A stretch of DNA of 64,000 nucleotides. Source: Ylistrum balloti. Lineage: Eukaryota. Below the pieces are notes generated by a model. That model had not been told where the DNA came from. It searched no databases and saw only the letters and a program-made list of their open reading frames with translations. The stretch spans positions 620,001 through 684,000 of the forward strand of contig NW_026782651.1 in NCBI RefSeq assembly GCF_031769215.1. The letters are read 5' to 3'. The translations under genes and the position numbers were made by a program. Below, one piece after another: positions 62,701 through 64,000 of the stretch; position 1 is the stretch's first letter, and every line of letters starts with the position of its first letter.

Positions 62701-63308
62701 AGACTTAAGTGACTGTGGTTTTAGTATAAATCTGATCTATCATTGTAGATAAGACTTTAGTGAATGTGGTTTTAGTATAAATCTGATCTATCATTGTAGA
62801 TAAGACTTTAGTGACTGTGCTTCTAGTATAAATCTGATTTATCATTGTAGATTATTATAAAGATGGAATTTGATTATAATATTCTGATCTTTACTGGTTT
62901 AGAGATTTCTTAAACATTTATATTTTATATAGGTCATGTGTTACACATGTGGAGGTACGACAAAGCAAAGAAAGAGCTATTTATAGCACAGTCTATTCTC
63001 TTCACCTGTCCACAGGTATGTTATCACATATATGTACCTGCTCAGAAAGATCATCGGTATATTACACACCCTTTAACATCAAGCTTTCAGTCACAACACA
63101 AACATTTGAACCATGGAAAAAAAGATGCAGAAAAGGTGTACGACAGAAAATGTTTTAGTTGTAAATATTTATTTCATTTCACTGAGAAAGTCACTGTGTA
63201 GATTTGTTAACAAAAAATTATCCCTGCTATTAAAATCAGTTAGATGCATACGACATATGTCCAGATGGAAGATGGGATATTCATCCTCGAGGTCACAAAA
63301 TATGGTAA
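56724..63308 (+). CDS. Uncharacterised spliced gene, ~165 aa; join(56724..56874,57976..58170,62933..63015,63240..63308); last exon tentative
   Basis: The first three exons have clean AG/GT sites and compatible phases (1,1,0): MSTFIPLNNNNSNVWPNVMDVSHQSSKRQRMDESLEEINQQSHGVPPCSCGRKFLPVRKNETTYITESWRSTGTSLFKPLVQDIFVNLVKYEQFSVSEGSFFVADAYGNYSNSVQGHVLHMWRYDKAKKELFIAQSILFTCPQ. A possible final exon gives LDAYDICPDGRWDIHPRGHKIW* but its acceptor is weak. Probable non-coding exon ends at the donor at 55160/55161. Confidence 0.65.
57194..57550. repeat. 50-bp tandem repeat
   Basis: GGTTATTTTACTAATGAACACAGGCGAGGGATTTTGATGACTATGTCGTG, ~7 copies. Confidence 0.95.
58436..61590. repeat. 41-bp tandem repeat
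   Basis: GGCCAGTCTGGACTCATATCAACAGAGTTTCAGATTGGTGA, roughly 75 copies, with a scrambled zone at ~59230-59650. Confidence 0.97.
61775..62852. repeat. 51-bp tandem repeat
   Basis: TAGTATAAATCTGATCTATCATTGTAGATAAGACTTWAGTGAMTGTGSTTY, ~21 copies; source of the spurious 17-aa periodic ORF 62195..62488. Confidence 0.96.
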
Positions 63309-63899
63309 AACCCTCAGGGTCTTTACGATATAGTGTGACCCCTCAGGTGGAGTATCCTTATTCTACAACCTGACGAGTCTCAAAGTATTACATGTATAGA
63401 CTGCTACTTTCTCATTACAGGACTTGGCTGTGATACAAGCTGTACTGTATTCCATTTAGTACATTCCTCCACCAGGTACCGCTTTAGAAGGGAGTTGACT
63501 TCATGTAAATGCCTAAAGCTGACCGGTTACATGTACAGAAGATTTCCAGATGTATTTAGTGACAAAGACAGTTCCATACTCCATATCAGTGAACTTGTGT
63601 TGACACACCAGCACTAGCTTTGTAATGATGTGTGCTGGTGACATGGATGGTGCTATTTGTGACTCAACTGTATTGTACAAAAGCCATTTAAGTGTTTCTT
63701 GGTCCTCAAATAGGTGCATTATACAATACTGGACCTGCTAAACATAGTCTGTGTGTTGGTGTTCGTGGTGACACAGAAGGTGCTATACTGATTAATACTA
63801 CAGTAGTCAGCTACTGTATTTGTTTAAAACGGTGCCTGTATGACCTTTAGAATCATAAACAAACTTGTGTTATACCTACTATATGTATTTGTCAATAAG

Positions 63900-64000
63900 C
63901 CTAAACCTGGTAATAAGCCCACCCATATCTGGTGATATGGCCAACCATACCTGGTTATAAGTCCACCCATACCTGGTTATAAGTCCACCCATACCTGATA
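63900..64000. repeat. ~22-bp short tandem repeat running off the window end
   Basis: CCACCCATACCTGGTTATAAGT-like units. Confidence 0.7.

Noticed and set aside
58436-62852. Regular arrays resembling CRISPR (also 11467-12297 and 49893-51897)
   Set aside because: Units are head-to-tail with no unique spacers, lie in spliceosomal introns, and no cas genes are present.

Overview
AT-rich, intron-rich animal genomic DNA. The repeat types suggest a bivalve mollusc, which is an inference. Nearly all long ORFs in the supplied track are artefacts of tandem repeats or exon run-through. Splicing by hand (GT-AG, phases checked) gives six genes: CACHD1 exon 1 (-), complete FDX2 (+, 184 aa), complete ZGLP1 GATA-like zinc finger gene (-, 277 aa), complete AP-1 mu subunit (-, 422 aa), complete UBE2U-like E2 enzyme (+, 329 aa) and an unrecognised ~165-aa gene (+). 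Recalled human gene order places FDX2/ZGLP1/AP1M on 19p13 and CACHD1/UBE2U on 1p31, so this window looks like an intact pre-duplication block of that paralogon. The introns hold many unrelated minisatellites (27-53 bp units), non-autonomous Helentron/HINE-like elements, a LINE 3' fragment, a long inverted repeat between the ZGLP1 zinc-finger exons, hammerhead-ribozyme-like motifs and tandemly multiplied splice sites around UBE2U exons. No CRISPR array, rRNA or intact tRNA was seen.
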